From NCBI GenBank assembly GCA_022828135.1, contig JAJEJB010000031.1, positions 29,813 to 93,812 on the forward strand: a stretch of 64,000 nt of DNA, written 5' to 3'. Position 1 is the stretch's first letter. Every line of letters begins with the position of its first letter. The translations under genes were made by a program, and so were the position numbers. Shown piece after piece: positions 44,020-54,080 of this stretch. The DNA is from Acidimicrobiia bacterium (GTDB taxonomy: Bacteria; Actinomycetota; Acidimicrobiia; Acidimicrobiales; Aldehydirespiratoraceae). Under the pieces are notes generated by a model. That model worked only from the letters and a program-made list of their open reading frames with translations. It was not told the DNA's origin and made no database searches.

Positions 44020-45021
44020 CGCGAAGCCGCCGATGGTCTCGGCGTAGCCCTCGACCGCCGTCGGCCGCAGAACTGCAGCCAGGTTGAGGCTGGCGCTGGT
44101 GAAGCCGAGGGCGGTCACCTCTCTGACTTGTTCGGGGATCTCCGAGGGCGCCCCGGCAATGGCGTAGCGACGGATCCAGTCCTCGGTGACCAGGTCGAAC
44201 AGCTCCGGCGGGTCGTAGCGGTCCAGGTCGAAGTACCAGCCGGTCGCCCGGGTCAGAGCCTCGTCGATGGCGGCGAGCCGGTCGGGATCGATCTCCGCCG
44301 GCCGGATGATGGCCAAGTAGTGGGCCACGTAGCGCACTACCGATCGCCGGGCCAGGTCGCCGTCGGACGACACGCACAGCGTCAGGCGAGGCGCGATGTC
44401 GATGTCGGCGACGTCCCGGCCCGCCCGAGCCGCTCCCTCGGCCAGCCAGCTGTAGTACTGGCGGGCGATCTCCGGCGTGAAGTGCCTGGCCCCGACCAGG
44501 GCGATGTCGGCCAGTTCGCCGGCCAGGCGCATCACCTGCGGGCTGCGGGTGCCCACCGAGATCGGCACCCCCACTTCGGGTGGTCGCACCAGCCCGGCGC
44601 CGTCGATGGGGAACATCTCGCCCTCGAGCTGCACCGTCTCGCCGGCCAGGAGGCCACGGATCCCGATGATCGCCTCGCGGAGCGCCCGCACCGGCCGGGG
44701 GTAGTCGATGCGCAGGTCCTCCAGGCCGGCGCCCACTCCGATGCCGAGGAACATCCGGCCGCCGGACAGCTCCTGCAGGGTGGCCACCGCACCGGCCAGC
44801 ATCGCGGGATGGCGGGAGTAGGGGTTGGTGACCATCGAACCGATGTGGATCCTGCTGGTGGCCTGGGCGACCAGCCCCTGAAGCACGAAACAGTCGGGCC
44901 AGAACACCACGTCGGACACACCGAACCGGTCGAAACCGGCCTGCTCGCAGCGGACCGCCAACTCGACGAAGTCGCCCGGGCCCATGCCCGGGCTGATCTC
45001 AGCTTCCAACGTGACCGTCAT
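43996..45021 (-). CDS. LLM-class F420-dependent oxidoreductase
   Basis: The ATG at 45021 starts MTVTLEAEISPGMGP...GFDRFGVSDV...RMFLGIGVGAG... Confidence 0.8.
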   Translation of the reverse strand: MTVTLEAEISPGMGPGDFVELAVRCEQAGFDRFGVSDVVFWPDCFVLQGLVAQATSRIHIGSMVTNPYSRHPAMLAGAVATLQELSGGRMFLGIGVGAGLEDLRIDYPRPVRALREAIIGIRGLLAGETVQLEGEMFPIDGAGLVRPPEVGVPISVGTRSPQVMRLAGELADIALVGARHFTPEIARQYYSWLAEGAARAGRDVADIDIAPRLTLCVSSDGDLARRSVVRYVAHYLAIIRPAEIDPDRLAAIDEALTRATGWYFDLDRYDPPELFDLVTEDWIRRYAIAGAPSEIPEQVREVTALGFTSASLNLAAVLRPTAVEGYAETIGGFASVIDDCR

Positions 45022-45103
45022 TGAGCCATCCGGCTTCGGTTCGCCCGCGTCATGATCACCGACGATAATCAGCGACCCCAGCGGCGACCCATCGGGAGCG
45101 ACA

Positions 45104-45814
45104 GTGAGTTCAACAGGTGCAGACGGCCGGGTAGTGATGTTGTCGGGGGCCAACCGGGGCATCGGGGCTGCCATCGCCGAGCGGCTGGCCGCCGACGGCT
45201 ACCGGCTCAGCCTCGGGGCGCGCCGGGTGGACGCCTTGGCTGACAGTGCTCCCGACATCGGGTCCGACCGGGTGCTGCTCAACTACCACGAGGCCACCGA
45301 CCTGGACTCGGCCCGCCGCTGGGTCGATGCGACCATCAACCGCTTCGGCAGAGTCGACGTGCTGGTCAACTGCGCCGGAATCGTCGACCGCACCGGGCTG
45401 GAGAACATGGACGAGAACGTGCTCGACGACATGTGGGCGGTGAACGTGAAGGGGCCGCTGCGGCTCACCCGGCTGGCTCTGCCCCATCTGCGGCAGTCGG
45501 GATCGGGCCGGGTGATCAACATGGCCTCACTGTCGGCCAAGCGGGTCAAGGGCGACGCCATCGTGGGCTACTCCATGACCAAGTACGCGCTGCTGGCCCT
45601 GTCCCACGCCATCCGCCAGATCGGCTGGGACGACGGCATCCGGGTGACGGCCGTCTGCCCCGGTCCGGTGGCCACCGACATGATGGATCCCGACGACGAG
45701 ACCATCACCCAGCCGGAGGACGTGGCCGACCTGGTGGCCACCATGATCGCCCTGCCCAACACCGCCTCGGTGTCGGAGCTATTGGTCAACTGCCGGCTGG
45801 ACGCCTGGGCCTAA
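45104..45814 (+). CDS. SDR-family oxidoreductase
   Basis: LSGANRGIGAAIA (TGxxxGxG variant), NCAG, and YSMTKYAL (YxxxK). Confidence 0.85.
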   Translation: MSSTGADGRVVMLSGANRGIGAAIAERLAADGYRLSLGARRVDALADSAPDIGSDRVLLNYHEATDLDSARRWVDATINRFGRVDVLVNCAGIVDRTGLENMDENVLDDMWAVNVKGPLRLTRLALPHLRQSGSGRVINMASLSAKRVKGDAIVGYSMTKYALLALSHAIRQIGWDDGIRVTAVCPGPVATDMMDPDDETITQPEDVADLVATMIALPNTASVSELLVNCRLDAWA

Positions 45815-45817
45815 CCG

Positions 45818-47164
45818 CTAGGCCGCGGTTCGCTTGGCGGCAGTGGGCCGCGGCCGCCTGTTGTTGCTCCGCCGGCGCCGCGACTGGTTCTTGGTACCCC
45901 CACGAGCAGGCTTGCGAGACTTCTGCTTGGCATCGGGGTGCCGTGGCCCGCCATCGGCACGTCGCGGCTGTGAGTCGACTGCGGGTTGACGGGTTGGACC
46001 GGCGATCACCGCCGGCTCCATGGAGCGGCTCGCGCCACCGTCGAGCGACCGGAGGGCGGTGAAATCCACATCGGTGAGCGGCTGCTGCAGGTCCAGTTCG
46101 CGTTGCATCTGCCGCAGTTCCTCGACCTGACCGGGCTGCACGAGCGAGACCACGACACCGCCGCGGCCGGCCCGGGCGGTGCGCCCCGACCGGTGGAGGT
46201 AGGTCTTGTGGTCGCCGGGGGGGTCGTAGTGGATCACGGCGCTCACGTTCTCGACATGGATGCCCCGAGCGGCGACGTCGGTCGCAATCAGCGCCTCCAC
46301 CTTGCCGGCCGCGAAGGCCTGCAGTGCTCGGGTGCGCTGGTTCTGGCTCCGGCCCCCGTGGATCGCGGCGGCGCGAACACCGATCCGGTCGAATCGGCGG
46401 GCCAGCCGGTCGCAGCCGTGACGGGTCCGGCAAAACACAATCGCCGAGCCAGCGGCGGTGACCGCGTCGGCGGCCACCTCGGTGCGTTCGGTGCTGGACA
46501 CGTTCCAGAACAAATGGTCGGCCGCGACCACATCGGGCGTCTCCTCACCGATCTCGTATCGCACGGGACGATGCTGGTAGTCGCGGGTGAGTGACGCCAC
46601 ATCACCGTCGAGCGTGGCTGAGAACAGCATCGTCTGCGGCTCCGGCGCGGTCTGGTCGAGCAGGCGCCGCACAGCGGGGATGAACCCCATGTCGGCCATC
46701 CGGTCCGCTTCGTCTATGACGACTCTGTCGACTGCGGACAGGCTGACCTCTCGCTGATCGATCAAGTCTTCGAGGCGGCCGGGACAGGCCACCAGGATGT
46801 CGACGCCTCTGCGCAGCGACCTGCGCTGGGCGTCGTAGCCGACGCCGCCGTAGACCACAGCGGTGCGAACACCGCCGGCGAAGGACCGGATCTCGGTCAT
46901 GATCTGGTCGGCGAGCTCGCGGGTCGGGGCCAGCACGAGCGCTTTGGGCTTGTGCGGTCCGGCCCGGCCGACATTGGCCACGAGCGGTATCCCGAAGGCC
47001 AGCGTCTTTCCCGACCCGGTGGGGGCGCGGCCGCAGATGTCGTGTCCGGCCAAGGCGTCGGCCAGGACGGCCGCCTGGATCTCGAACGGCTTGGTGATGC
47101 CGCGCGACGCGAGGGCGCGGTCTATGGAATGGGGGACGCCCAACTGGGCGAAGGTGGGGGACAT
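45818..47164 (-). CDS. DEAD-box ATP-dependent RNA helicase with basic C-terminal tail
   Basis: AAGGAG lies 6 nt upstream of the ATG at 47164. It has F..LG (Q motif), APTGSGKT, DEAD, SAT and HRSGRTARAG, plus an Arg-rich tail. Confidence 0.9.
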   Translation of the reverse strand: MSPTFAQLGVPHSIDRALASRGITKPFEIQAAVLADALAGHDICGRAPTGSGKTLAFGIPLVANVGRAGPHKPKALVLAPTRELADQIMTEIRSFAGGVRTAVVYGGVGYDAQRRSLRRGVDILVACPGRLEDLIDQREVSLSAVDRVVIDEADRMADMGFIPAVRRLLDQTAPEPQTMLFSATLDGDVASLTRDYQHRPVRYEIGEETPDVVAADHLFWNVSSTERTEVAADAVTAAGSAIVFCRTRHGCDRLARRFDRIGVRAAAIHGGRSQNQRTRALQAFAAGKVEALIATDVAARGIHVENVSAVIHYDPPGDHKTYLHRSGRTARAGRGGVVVSLVQPGQVEELRQMQRELDLQQPLTDVDFTALRSLDGGASRSMEPAVIAGPTRQPAVDSQPRRADGGPRHPDAKQKSRKPARGGTKNQSRRRRSNNRRPRPTAAKRTAA

Positions 47165-47349
47165 TGTTCTCCTTGCCCGCGTCATGCAGGCGAATAACAG
47201 GGTTCGGTTGCGCCTCAGGAATCAGGAGGCCCGGCGGATGTCTCGGGTTTGGTTCACCATGACCGGAAGAACCAACACCCGTCTGCGAACCCGCCAGCCG
47301 GACGTCCCGACTGGATATCCACAGGCTAACGGCGCATGCGCGGCGATCC

Positions 47350-48807
47350 TCAGCCGCCGCTCCACAGGCCCTCGCGCTCGAGGCCGGCCATGACCTCCTC
47401 GATGCCGGCCCGCAGCGTGTCGACCAGCCAGTCGATCTGGTCTGTGGTCAGCACCAGCGGCGGCGACAGCACGTTGAGGCGCCCGATGGGACGCACCAGC
47501 AGGCCCCGTGCGTCGCAGGCGTCGGAGATCCGCCGGCCGATCTCCACCTCCGGCGGGAACATCTCCCTGGTGTCGCGGTCGGCAACGTTCTCCAGGCACA
47601 TCATGAAGCACTTGCCGCGGATGTCGCCCACGATGGGCAGATCGCTGAGGGTGTGCAGGCGCTCCTCGAAGTAGGGACCGACCCGCCGCACGTGGCCACA
47701 GAGGTCCTCACGCTCGAAGATCTCGATGTTGGCCAGCGCGGCCGCGCATGACACCGGGTGCCCCGAGTAGGTGTAGCCGTGGGCGAACTCCGCGCCGGGC
47801 GCCTGCGGCACCGAGATCACTTCGTAGATCTCGTCGGAGAGCAGGGTGGCCGACAGCGGCGCGTACCCCGATGTGAGTCCCTTGGCGGAACTGATGATGT
47901 CGGGCTGGATGTCGAACACGTCCCTGCTGGCGAAGAAGTGCCCGAGCCGGCCGAAGGCGGTGACCACCTCGTCGGAGACGTAGAGGATTCCGAACTCCCG
48001 GCAGGCTTCGCGCATCCTGGGGAGGTAGCCGGGTGGCGGCACCAGCACCCCGCCCGCCCCCATGATCGGCTCGGCGAAGAAGGCGGCCACGTTCTCCGCG
48101 CCCAGCTCCTCGACCTTGGCCCTGAACTCGTCGACGAGGTGATCGGTGTACTCCTCCGGGGTCATGCCACCGGATCGCCGGTAGATGTCGGGGCCCTCCA
48201 CCCGGGTGATGAGCGGTTCGCCGATGATGTCGAAGCCGATGTGGTCGTGGGCCACCCCGGTGAGCGACATGGCCAGGTAGCTGGAGCCGTGGTAGCTGTT
48301 CACCCGGGTGATGATGGTCTTCTTGTCGGGCTGGCCGAGACGGTTGAAGTAGAAGTGGATGATCCGCACCGCAGTGTCGTTGGCATCCGACCCGGACAGC
48401 CCGAAGAACGCATGGTTGAGGTCTCCCGGCGCCAACGAGGCCAGCTTGTGGGCCAGGGTGGCACCCGGCACCGACGTGGTGTTGGTGAAGGGCGAGTAGT
48501 AGGCCAGCTTGCGGGCTTGGGTGGCCATGGCGTCGGCGATCTCGGCCCGGCCGTAACCGGCGTTCACGCACCACAGCCCACCCTGGGCGTCGAGGTAGCG
48601 ACGGCCGTCGGAGTCGTAGACATAGGCGCCCTCGGACTCGGCCATCACCAGGGCGCCCTCGTCCCTCCAGACGGCGAAGTCGGTGAAGGGGTGGATGTAG
48701 TGCGCTACGTCCTTCCGCCAGAGATCCTGCGTGTCGTAGGCGTCGAAGCGGCTGGGCGCCTCCTGAACCACGGCCGGGACGCCGTCGGTGAACATGGTCT
48801 CGGTCAT
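47350..48807 (-). CDS. Class III (omega) aminotransferase, PLP-dependent
   Basis: ...WCVNAGYGR...LSGSDANDTA...SYHGSS...DEVVTAFGRLG...SSAKGLTSGY (PLP Lys)... Confidence 0.9.
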   Translation of the reverse strand: MTETMFTDGVPAVVQEAPSRFDAYDTQDLWRKDVAHYIHPFTDFAVWRDEGALVMAESEGAYVYDSDGRRYLDAQGGLWCVNAGYGRAEIADAMATQARKLAYYSPFTNTTSVPGATLAHKLASLAPGDLNHAFFGLSGSDANDTAVRIIHFYFNRLGQPDKKTIITRVNSYHGSSYLAMSLTGVAHDHIGFDIIGEPLITRVEGPDIYRRSGGMTPEEYTDHLVDEFRAKVEELGAENVAAFFAEPIMGAGGVLVPPPGYLPRMREACREFGILYVSDEVVTAFGRLGHFFASRDVFDIQPDIISSAKGLTSGYAPLSATLLSDEIYEVISVPQAPGAEFAHGYTYSGHPVSCAAALANIEIFEREDLCGHVRRVGPYFEERLHTLSDLPIVGDIRGKCFMMCLENVADRDTREMFPPEVEIGRRISDACDARGLLVRPIGRLNVLSPPLVLTTDQIDWLVDTLRAGIEEVMAGLEREGLWSGG

Positions 48808-48877
48808 CGCTCTCCTCTCGGGCCTCTCAGTCCCGGCCGGACGCTAGCGCAGTGATCGCCGCTGGGGCCTGCCGGCG

Positions 48878-49804
48878 TCAGAGCGCGGCCACGACCTCGG
48901 ACATGAAGCGCTCGGCGACCTCGGGAGCCTCTTCGGGCCTCAGGTTGAAGTCGGGGACGATCAACTCGTCGGTGCCTGCCGCCGCGTAGGCGGCCACCTG
49001 CTCGACGAGCTGTTCCGGGGTGCCCACCAGCTCGGGGCGCCCCGACGCCCCGACTTGCAGCCGGGCCGCCTCGGCCTCGGAGTCGCACATGCGGAGGATG
49101 ACCGCCGCGGAGCGGGAGATGGTGGCCGGATCCCGGCCCTGGGCCTCGCAGAGCCGGTCGATGAGGGCATTGAAGTAGCGCATGTCGGCCACCGTGCACC
49201 AGCCGTTCCACTCGTGACCCCAGCGCACCATGGTCGGGATGGTGCGGCGCTCGCCCCGGCCTCCGATCATGATGGGCAGCGGGTCCTGCAGCGGCTTCGG
49301 GGTCAACGGTGCGCCCTGCAGGCGGTAGTGGGCGCCGTCGAAGTCGGTGCGCTCGTTGGCGAACAGGCCGGAGATCACCTCGCAGGCCTCCTCAAGCATG
49401 TCGGCCCGGCTCCGCACCGTCCCGAACTCGAGGCCGTAGCGGCGGTGCTCGTTCTCCTGCCAGCCGGCGCCGAGTCCGAGCACGAGCCGGCCCCCGCTGA
49501 TGTGGTCGACGGTGGCCGCCTGCTTGGCCAGCACCGCCGGGTGGCGGTAGGTGTTGCCGGTGACCATCGCCCCGAGACGCACCCGGGGCACCGCCGCGGC
49601 GAGGGCGCCCAGCAGGGTCCAGCACTCGTGGGTGGGCAGCAACTCGGGGTCCACGCCGGGCGGCTCGTGGCCGTAACCCCCCTCGGGCGGCATGAAGTGG
49701 TCGGGCAGCCACAAGCCGTCCCAGCCGCTGGCCTCCGCGGCTTGGCTCACTGCCAGTATCTGGTCCCACCGGTGGGCGCTCGACGGCCAGAATCCGAATC
49801 GCAT
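48878..49804 (-). CDS. LLM-class F420-dependent oxidoreductase
   Basis: MRFGFWPSSAHRWDQIL...LWLPDHF...GRLVLGLGAGWQENEH... Confidence 0.85.
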   Translation of the reverse strand: MRFGFWPSSAHRWDQILAVSQAAEASGWDGLWLPDHFMPPEGGYGHEPPGVDPELLPTHECWTLLGALAAAVPRVRLGAMVTGNTYRHPAVLAKQAATVDHISGGRLVLGLGAGWQENEHRRYGLEFGTVRSRADMLEEACEVISGLFANERTDFDGAHYRLQGAPLTPKPLQDPLPIMIGGRGERRTIPTMVRWGHEWNGWCTVADMRYFNALIDRLCEAQGRDPATISRSAAVILRMCDSEAEAARLQVGASGRPELVGTPEQLVEQVAAYAAAGTDELIVPDFNLRPEEAPEVAERFMSEVVAAL

Positions 49805-49816
49805 AGATCGACTTTC

Positions 49817-50179
49817 TTACTGGGCCACGACCTCGAAGAGGATGATCCTCAGCCCATCGGGGCCGGCTACTTCGAGGCTCTTGTGACCCCAGGGCTGCAA
49901 CTCTGGCGGCCGCACGACGGTGGCGCCCGCTGAGACCAGTCGAGCGTGCTCGGCGTCGGCGTCGGCTATCTGCCATGACACCGACACGCCCGCCACACCG
50001 GGCCTGTCCCATCCGGCGCCGTCCTCGATCACCTCGATACGGCCGGCCGCGGCCAGCAGGATGGTCCCCCTGAAGATCTCGCCGAAGGACCGCTCCACCT
50101 CCAACCCCATCACATCGGTGAAGAACCCGACGGTGGCGTCGTAGTCGTTGGCGACGAAGATGACTCTGAACTCGGCCAT
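49817..50179 (-). CDS. VOC (glyoxalase-fold) protein
   Basis: 120 aa, ...DATVGFFTDVMGLEV...WGHKSLEVAGPDGLRIILFE. Confidence 0.75.
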   Translation of the reverse strand: MAEFRVIFVANDYDATVGFFTDVMGLEVERSFGEIFRGTILLAAAGRIEVIEDGAGWDRPGVAGVSVSWQIADADAEHARLVSAGATVVRPPELQPWGHKSLEVAGPDGLRIILFEVVAQ

Positions 50180-50229
50180 GGCCCGACCCTATCGCTCCCA
50201 CAGCGCCCCCTATCCCCTCGGCCTCTAGC

Positions 50230-51513
50230 TTGGACGCCGTGGCCAAGACGACGAGCGAGCTGCTGCGCTCCGAGGACTGGGTCTCGGTGTGGATGGGCGC
50301 CGCGATCATCGCTCTGGTGCTGGTCGGCATCCGGCCGGAGGCGGCCGGTCTGTCCTGTGGCGACGGCATCGGCGGTCTGTTCGCTCCGGGCCGGTTGGCA
50401 ACCACGCTCGGGGTCGGCGCCGCCCTGCTGGTGCTGTCCACCGCCGGCATGCGCCTCATGGAGGGTTCGACCCGAGGCTTCGCGGCGGGCTTCGCCGCGC
50501 TGTTCGGCTTGGCCTGGGTGGCGCGGGCCGTCGCGTGCGACTCCGCCCTGAGCGACCGCGGGATCAACTACGCCATCACCTCACTGGCCCTCGGTCTGTT
50601 CATCTCCAACGTGCTCAGAGTGCCCGACTGGCTCCGCACCGCCATGCGCACCGAGTACTACATCAAGGCCGGGCTGGTGATCCTGGGCTCGAGCGTCCTG
50701 TTCGGCCGGGTGCTGGAGGCCGGCATGTACGGGATGGTGCAGGCGGCTGCGGTGATCGCCGTCATCTGGTATCTGTGCTTCTGGGTCGCCCGCAAGCTCC
50801 GGGTCGACGAGGAGTTCTCGGCCATGATGGCGACCGCGGTGTCGATCTGCGGGGTGTCGGCCGCCATCGCGGCCTGCGGGGCCATCTCGGGTGACCGCAA
50901 GAAGCTCTCCTACGTGACGTCGCTGGTGCTGGTGGTGGCCGCTCCGATGATGATCCTGATGCCGCTGGCCGTCGACTGGCTCGAACTCTCCGATGTCGTC
51001 GGCGGCGCCTGGATAGGCGGCACCATCGACACCACCGGCGCGGTCGTGGTGGCCGGCGAGAGCATCGGCGATTCGGCCACCAACGCGGCCACCATCGTCA
51101 AGCTGTCGCAGAACGCCCTGCTCGGCGTGGCCGCCTTCGCCCTCTCGGTGTGGTGGACGGTGCGAGGCGGTGCCGGCGGCGCCGATCGACCGGAGGTGTC
51201 GGCCTCGGTGATCTGGGAGCGCTTCCCGAAGTTCGTGCTCGGCTTCCTGGCCACCTCGCTGCTGTTCTCCTTCGTGCTCACCGACGGGCTGGTGGACGCC
51301 ACCACAGGCGTGCTCAAGGGCCTGAGGACCTGGCTGTTCGCCTTGGCCTTCGTGTGCATCGGCTTGGAGACCCGCCTGCGCGACCTCCTGGCCATGCAGG
51401 GCGGCAGGCCCGCCGTCGCGTTCGTGATCGCGCAGGCCGCCAACGTGCTGTGGACGCTGTTGCTGGCCTGGGTGCTGTTCGGCGGCTCCATCTTCGCGGT
51501 GCCCGACCTCTAG
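50230..51513 (+). CDS. YeiH/UPF0324-family membrane protein (putative sulfate-exporter family)
   Basis: 427 aa and polytopic, with ...YYIKAGLVILGSSVLF...TAVSICGVSAAIAACGAI...; TTG start. Confidence 0.7.
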   Translation: MDAVAKTTSELLRSEDWVSVWMGAAIIALVLVGIRPEAAGLSCGDGIGGLFAPGRLATTLGVGAALLVLSTAGMRLMEGSTRGFAAGFAALFGLAWVARAVACDSALSDRGINYAITSLALGLFISNVLRVPDWLRTAMRTEYYIKAGLVILGSSVLFGRVLEAGMYGMVQAAAVIAVIWYLCFWVARKLRVDEEFSAMMATAVSICGVSAAIAACGAISGDRKKLSYVTSLVLVVAAPMMILMPLAVDWLELSDVVGGAWIGGTIDTTGAVVVAGESIGDSATNAATIVKLSQNALLGVAAFALSVWWTVRGGAGGADRPEVSASVIWERFPKFVLGFLATSLLFSFVLTDGLVDATTGVLKGLRTWLFALAFVCIGLETRLRDLLAMQGGRPAVAFVIAQAANVLWTLLLAWVLFGGSIFAVPDL

Positions 51514-51541
51514 CGGCTGGGCGGTCGCCCTTCGCCGGCGG

Positions 51542-52936
51542 CTACAGCACGGGGAACTTGGCCTTGTCGGGAAGGCCGGAGCGGGCGGTGATGGCCTCGC
51601 CGGCGGTCTGGCAGCGGCCGTAGAAGGTGTCCTCGTCGATGGTGGTCATGCGGCCGGCGTCGACGACTTTGGCGCCGTCCACGAACACGGTGTGCACGCC
51701 CCGCCCGTCGGCCGACCACACCAGCTGGTTCATCACGTTGAGCAGGGGCCGCCATTCGGGCCGGTCGGTGTCATGCAGCACCACGTCGGCCTTCTTGCCG
51801 GGCTCGAGAGACCCGATCTCGTCGGACATGAGCATGGTGCGGGCCCCGCCCAGGGTGGCCATCTCGTAGGCCTTCTCGGCCGGGAACATCTGGGGGTCCA
51901 TGCGGGCGTCCTTGAACAGCCCGGCCACCAGGTAGGTGGCCCGGTGCATGTCGGCGTAGTTGGAGGCGTTGTTGCCGTCGATGCCGATGCTGACGTTGAT
52001 GTCCCGCATCACCATCTCGGGGATCTTGCCGACCTGGGTGACGCCGTAGCTGACCTTGAGCGCGGTGGTGGGGCAGTGCTCCACCGAGCAGCCGGCGGCG
52101 GCCATCACGTCGAGCTCGCTGTCGTTCACCCTCACGCAGTGGGTCATGGCGGTGTCGGCGCCGAGCACGCCCAGCTCGCCCAGATGGATCATGGGACGCT
52201 GCCCGAACTCGGCGATGAACCCGTCGGGGTCGAGGTTGGCCGGGCTCATGTGGAAGTTGAGGCCGACGCCGTGGTGGTCGGCGGCCTCCCGGGCGGCCCG
52301 CCACAGCGGGTCCGAGCAGGTGGTGTGGCCCACCACCATCGACCACGCCTCCAGCCGCCCGCCGGCCGTGCCTTTGTGCATGTCGATGGTGTCGTTGATG
52401 TTGGCGATGGCGGTGTCGGTGTCCTGGCGGTAGACGTCGGGCTCGGGGGGCAGGTCCCACACCCACTTGCCGATGCGGCCCCGGATGCCGGCTTCGACGA
52501 GTCCGTCCATCACCTCGTCGGTGAAGCGGATCGTGCCCGCTTCCAGGAAGGTGGTGGTGCCCGACTTGAGCATCTCCACCGCGGCCAGCTGGGCCGAGAG
52601 GCGCTCCTCCTCGGGCGTGTACACCGAGTAGAGCGGGCACAGCCACATGAACACGTTCTCCTCGAAGGGCGTGTCGTCGGGCACGTAGCCGCGGGTGAGG
52701 GGCTCGCCGGTGATGTGGATGTGGGTGTTGACCAGGCCGGGGGTCACCACGAACCGGTCCCCGCCCACAGTCTCGGCCGCTTCGTAGGCCGCCTCCAGGT
52801 CCGACGCCTTGCCCACGGCCACGATCTGGTTCCCCCGCACCGCCACCGCGCCGTGCCGGATGATGTCGCGGGTCGGGTTCATGGTCACCACGTACCAACC
52901 CTTGATCAACGTGTCGATGCGCTCCCGCTCGCTCAT
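51542..52936 (-). CDS. Amidohydrolase (TRZ/ATZ / SsnA-like deaminase-chlorohydrolase family)
   Basis: ...VTPGLVNTHIHITGEP (HxH)...MTHCV...IGIDGNN... It is a paralog of the gene at 61449-62849. Confidence 0.85.
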   Translation of the reverse strand: MSERERIDTLIKGWYVVTMNPTRDIIRHGAVAVRGNQIVAVGKASDLEAAYEAAETVGGDRFVVTPGLVNTHIHITGEPLTRGYVPDDTPFEENVFMWLCPLYSVYTPEEERLSAQLAAVEMLKSGTTTFLEAGTIRFTDEVMDGLVEAGIRGRIGKWVWDLPPEPDVYRQDTDTAIANINDTIDMHKGTAGGRLEAWSMVVGHTTCSDPLWRAAREAADHHGVGLNFHMSPANLDPDGFIAEFGQRPMIHLGELGVLGADTAMTHCVRVNDSELDVMAAAGCSVEHCPTTALKVSYGVTQVGKIPEMVMRDINVSIGIDGNNASNYADMHRATYLVAGLFKDARMDPQMFPAEKAYEMATLGGARTMLMSDEIGSLEPGKKADVVLHDTDRPEWRPLLNVMNQLVWSADGRGVHTVFVDGAKVVDAGRMTTIDEDTFYGRCQTAGEAITARSGLPDKAKFPVL

Positions 52937-52964
52937 GTCCGTCTCCTGCCTGGGGTCTCGCGGC

Positions 52965-54056
52965 TCAGTCTCGGGGTTTCGAGGCCACGTAGGCGAATTG
53001 GAAGCCGATGGGCTCGATCAGGCGGATGGCCTCGAAACCGGCGTCCCGCAGCCAGCCGGTGGCCGCCTCGGTGGTGACGCCGAAGCCGTTGACGGTGCTG
53101 GCCATCATGGTCATGCCCATCAGCACGGCGTGGGGGTTGGTCTTGTGGTTGGGGCCGATGAAGTAGTCGGCCAGCACCACCCGCCCCTCGGGGCGCAGGG
53201 CCGCGTGGGCCCGCTCGACCAGATGGCGGGCGCCGTCCGGTCCCTCGGTGCGGCAGATGTGGCCGAGCGCCACGATGTCGTAGGCGCTGTCCTCTATTGG
53301 GATGGTGTGGAAGTCGCCGGGCCGGAACTCGCAGCGGTCGGCCACGCCGTGCTCGGCCGTCTTGCGCCGGGCCACGTCGATCACGCCGTCGATGTCGTTG
53401 ACGGTGGCCCGCCCGTCGGCGCAGGCCTGGAGCATGGCGATCGACCAAGGCGCGCCGCCCGCGCCCAGATCGAGGATTCGGGGTGCGGCCAGCGCGCTGT
53501 ACCGCATCCGGAAGTCGGCCCGCGTGGCGCAGCGCCACATGGTGGTGAACGTGCCCTCCACCAGCGGCACGTAGAACGCGGCCGGATCGTCGTCGATGGG
53601 CGTGGCCGGCCGGCCCGAGCGCACGGTGTCGGCCAGACGGCTCCAGTTCTCGTGCGGGCCGGGCGCTACCGGGATCAGCCCCGCCATCGAGGCGGCCCCG
53701 TCGACGAGCAGGTAGCGGCGAGCAGCGTCGTTGAGTCTGAAGCCTTCGACCACCCGGTCGAGCAGTCCGAGCGCCACCACCGAGTCCAACAGCGCCTCCA
53801 GATGCAGCACCGGAAGGTCCAGCCGCCCAGCCAGATCCGCCGCCGTCATGCCGGCGTCCGGTGCCCCGTCCAGAGCCTCGAACACCCCGAGCTCAAGCGC
53901 GGCCAACAGCACTTGGTAACGCCCCAGCCCCTCGATCACCGCCCACACCGGCGCGGCCGCGGGCGGCTTGAAGTCCGTGAAAGGCCGCCCCACATGGGCC
54001 ATCGTGTGGCTCTTCTTCAACTCCGGATAGGGCGCGTCGCGAGGTTCGGCAGACAT
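52965..54056 (-). CDS. O-methyltransferase-like class I SAM methyltransferase with N-terminal winged-helix dimerisation domain
   Basis: The ATG at 54056 starts ...LLAALELGVFEAL...AADLAGRLDL... then ILDLGAGGAPWSIAML (motif I). Confidence 0.8.
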   Translation of the reverse strand: MSAEPRDAPYPELKKSHTMAHVGRPFTDFKPPAAAPVWAVIEGLGRYQVLLAALELGVFEALDGAPDAGMTAADLAGRLDLPVLHLEALLDSVVALGLLDRVVEGFRLNDAARRYLLVDGAASMAGLIPVAPGPHENWSRLADTVRSGRPATPIDDDPAAFYVPLVEGTFTTMWRCATRADFRMRYSALAAPRILDLGAGGAPWSIAMLQACADGRATVNDIDGVIDVARRKTAEHGVADRCEFRPGDFHTIPIEDSAYDIVALGHICRTEGPDGARHLVERAHAALRPEGRVVLADYFIGPNHKTNPHAVLMGMTMMASTVNGFGVTTEAATGWLRDAGFEAIRLIEPIGFQFAYVASKPRD

Positions 54057-54080
54057 ATGTGGCCATGTTTGTAGGTTTGA

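Noticed and set aside
47186-47349. A possible tRNA or small RNA gene in the long helicase/aminotransferase spacer (a GGTTCGG-like string near 47198).
   Set aside because: No cloverleaf can be drawn: there is no acceptor stem complementarity and no T-loop GTTCRANNC context. It is better explained as a 5' leader.
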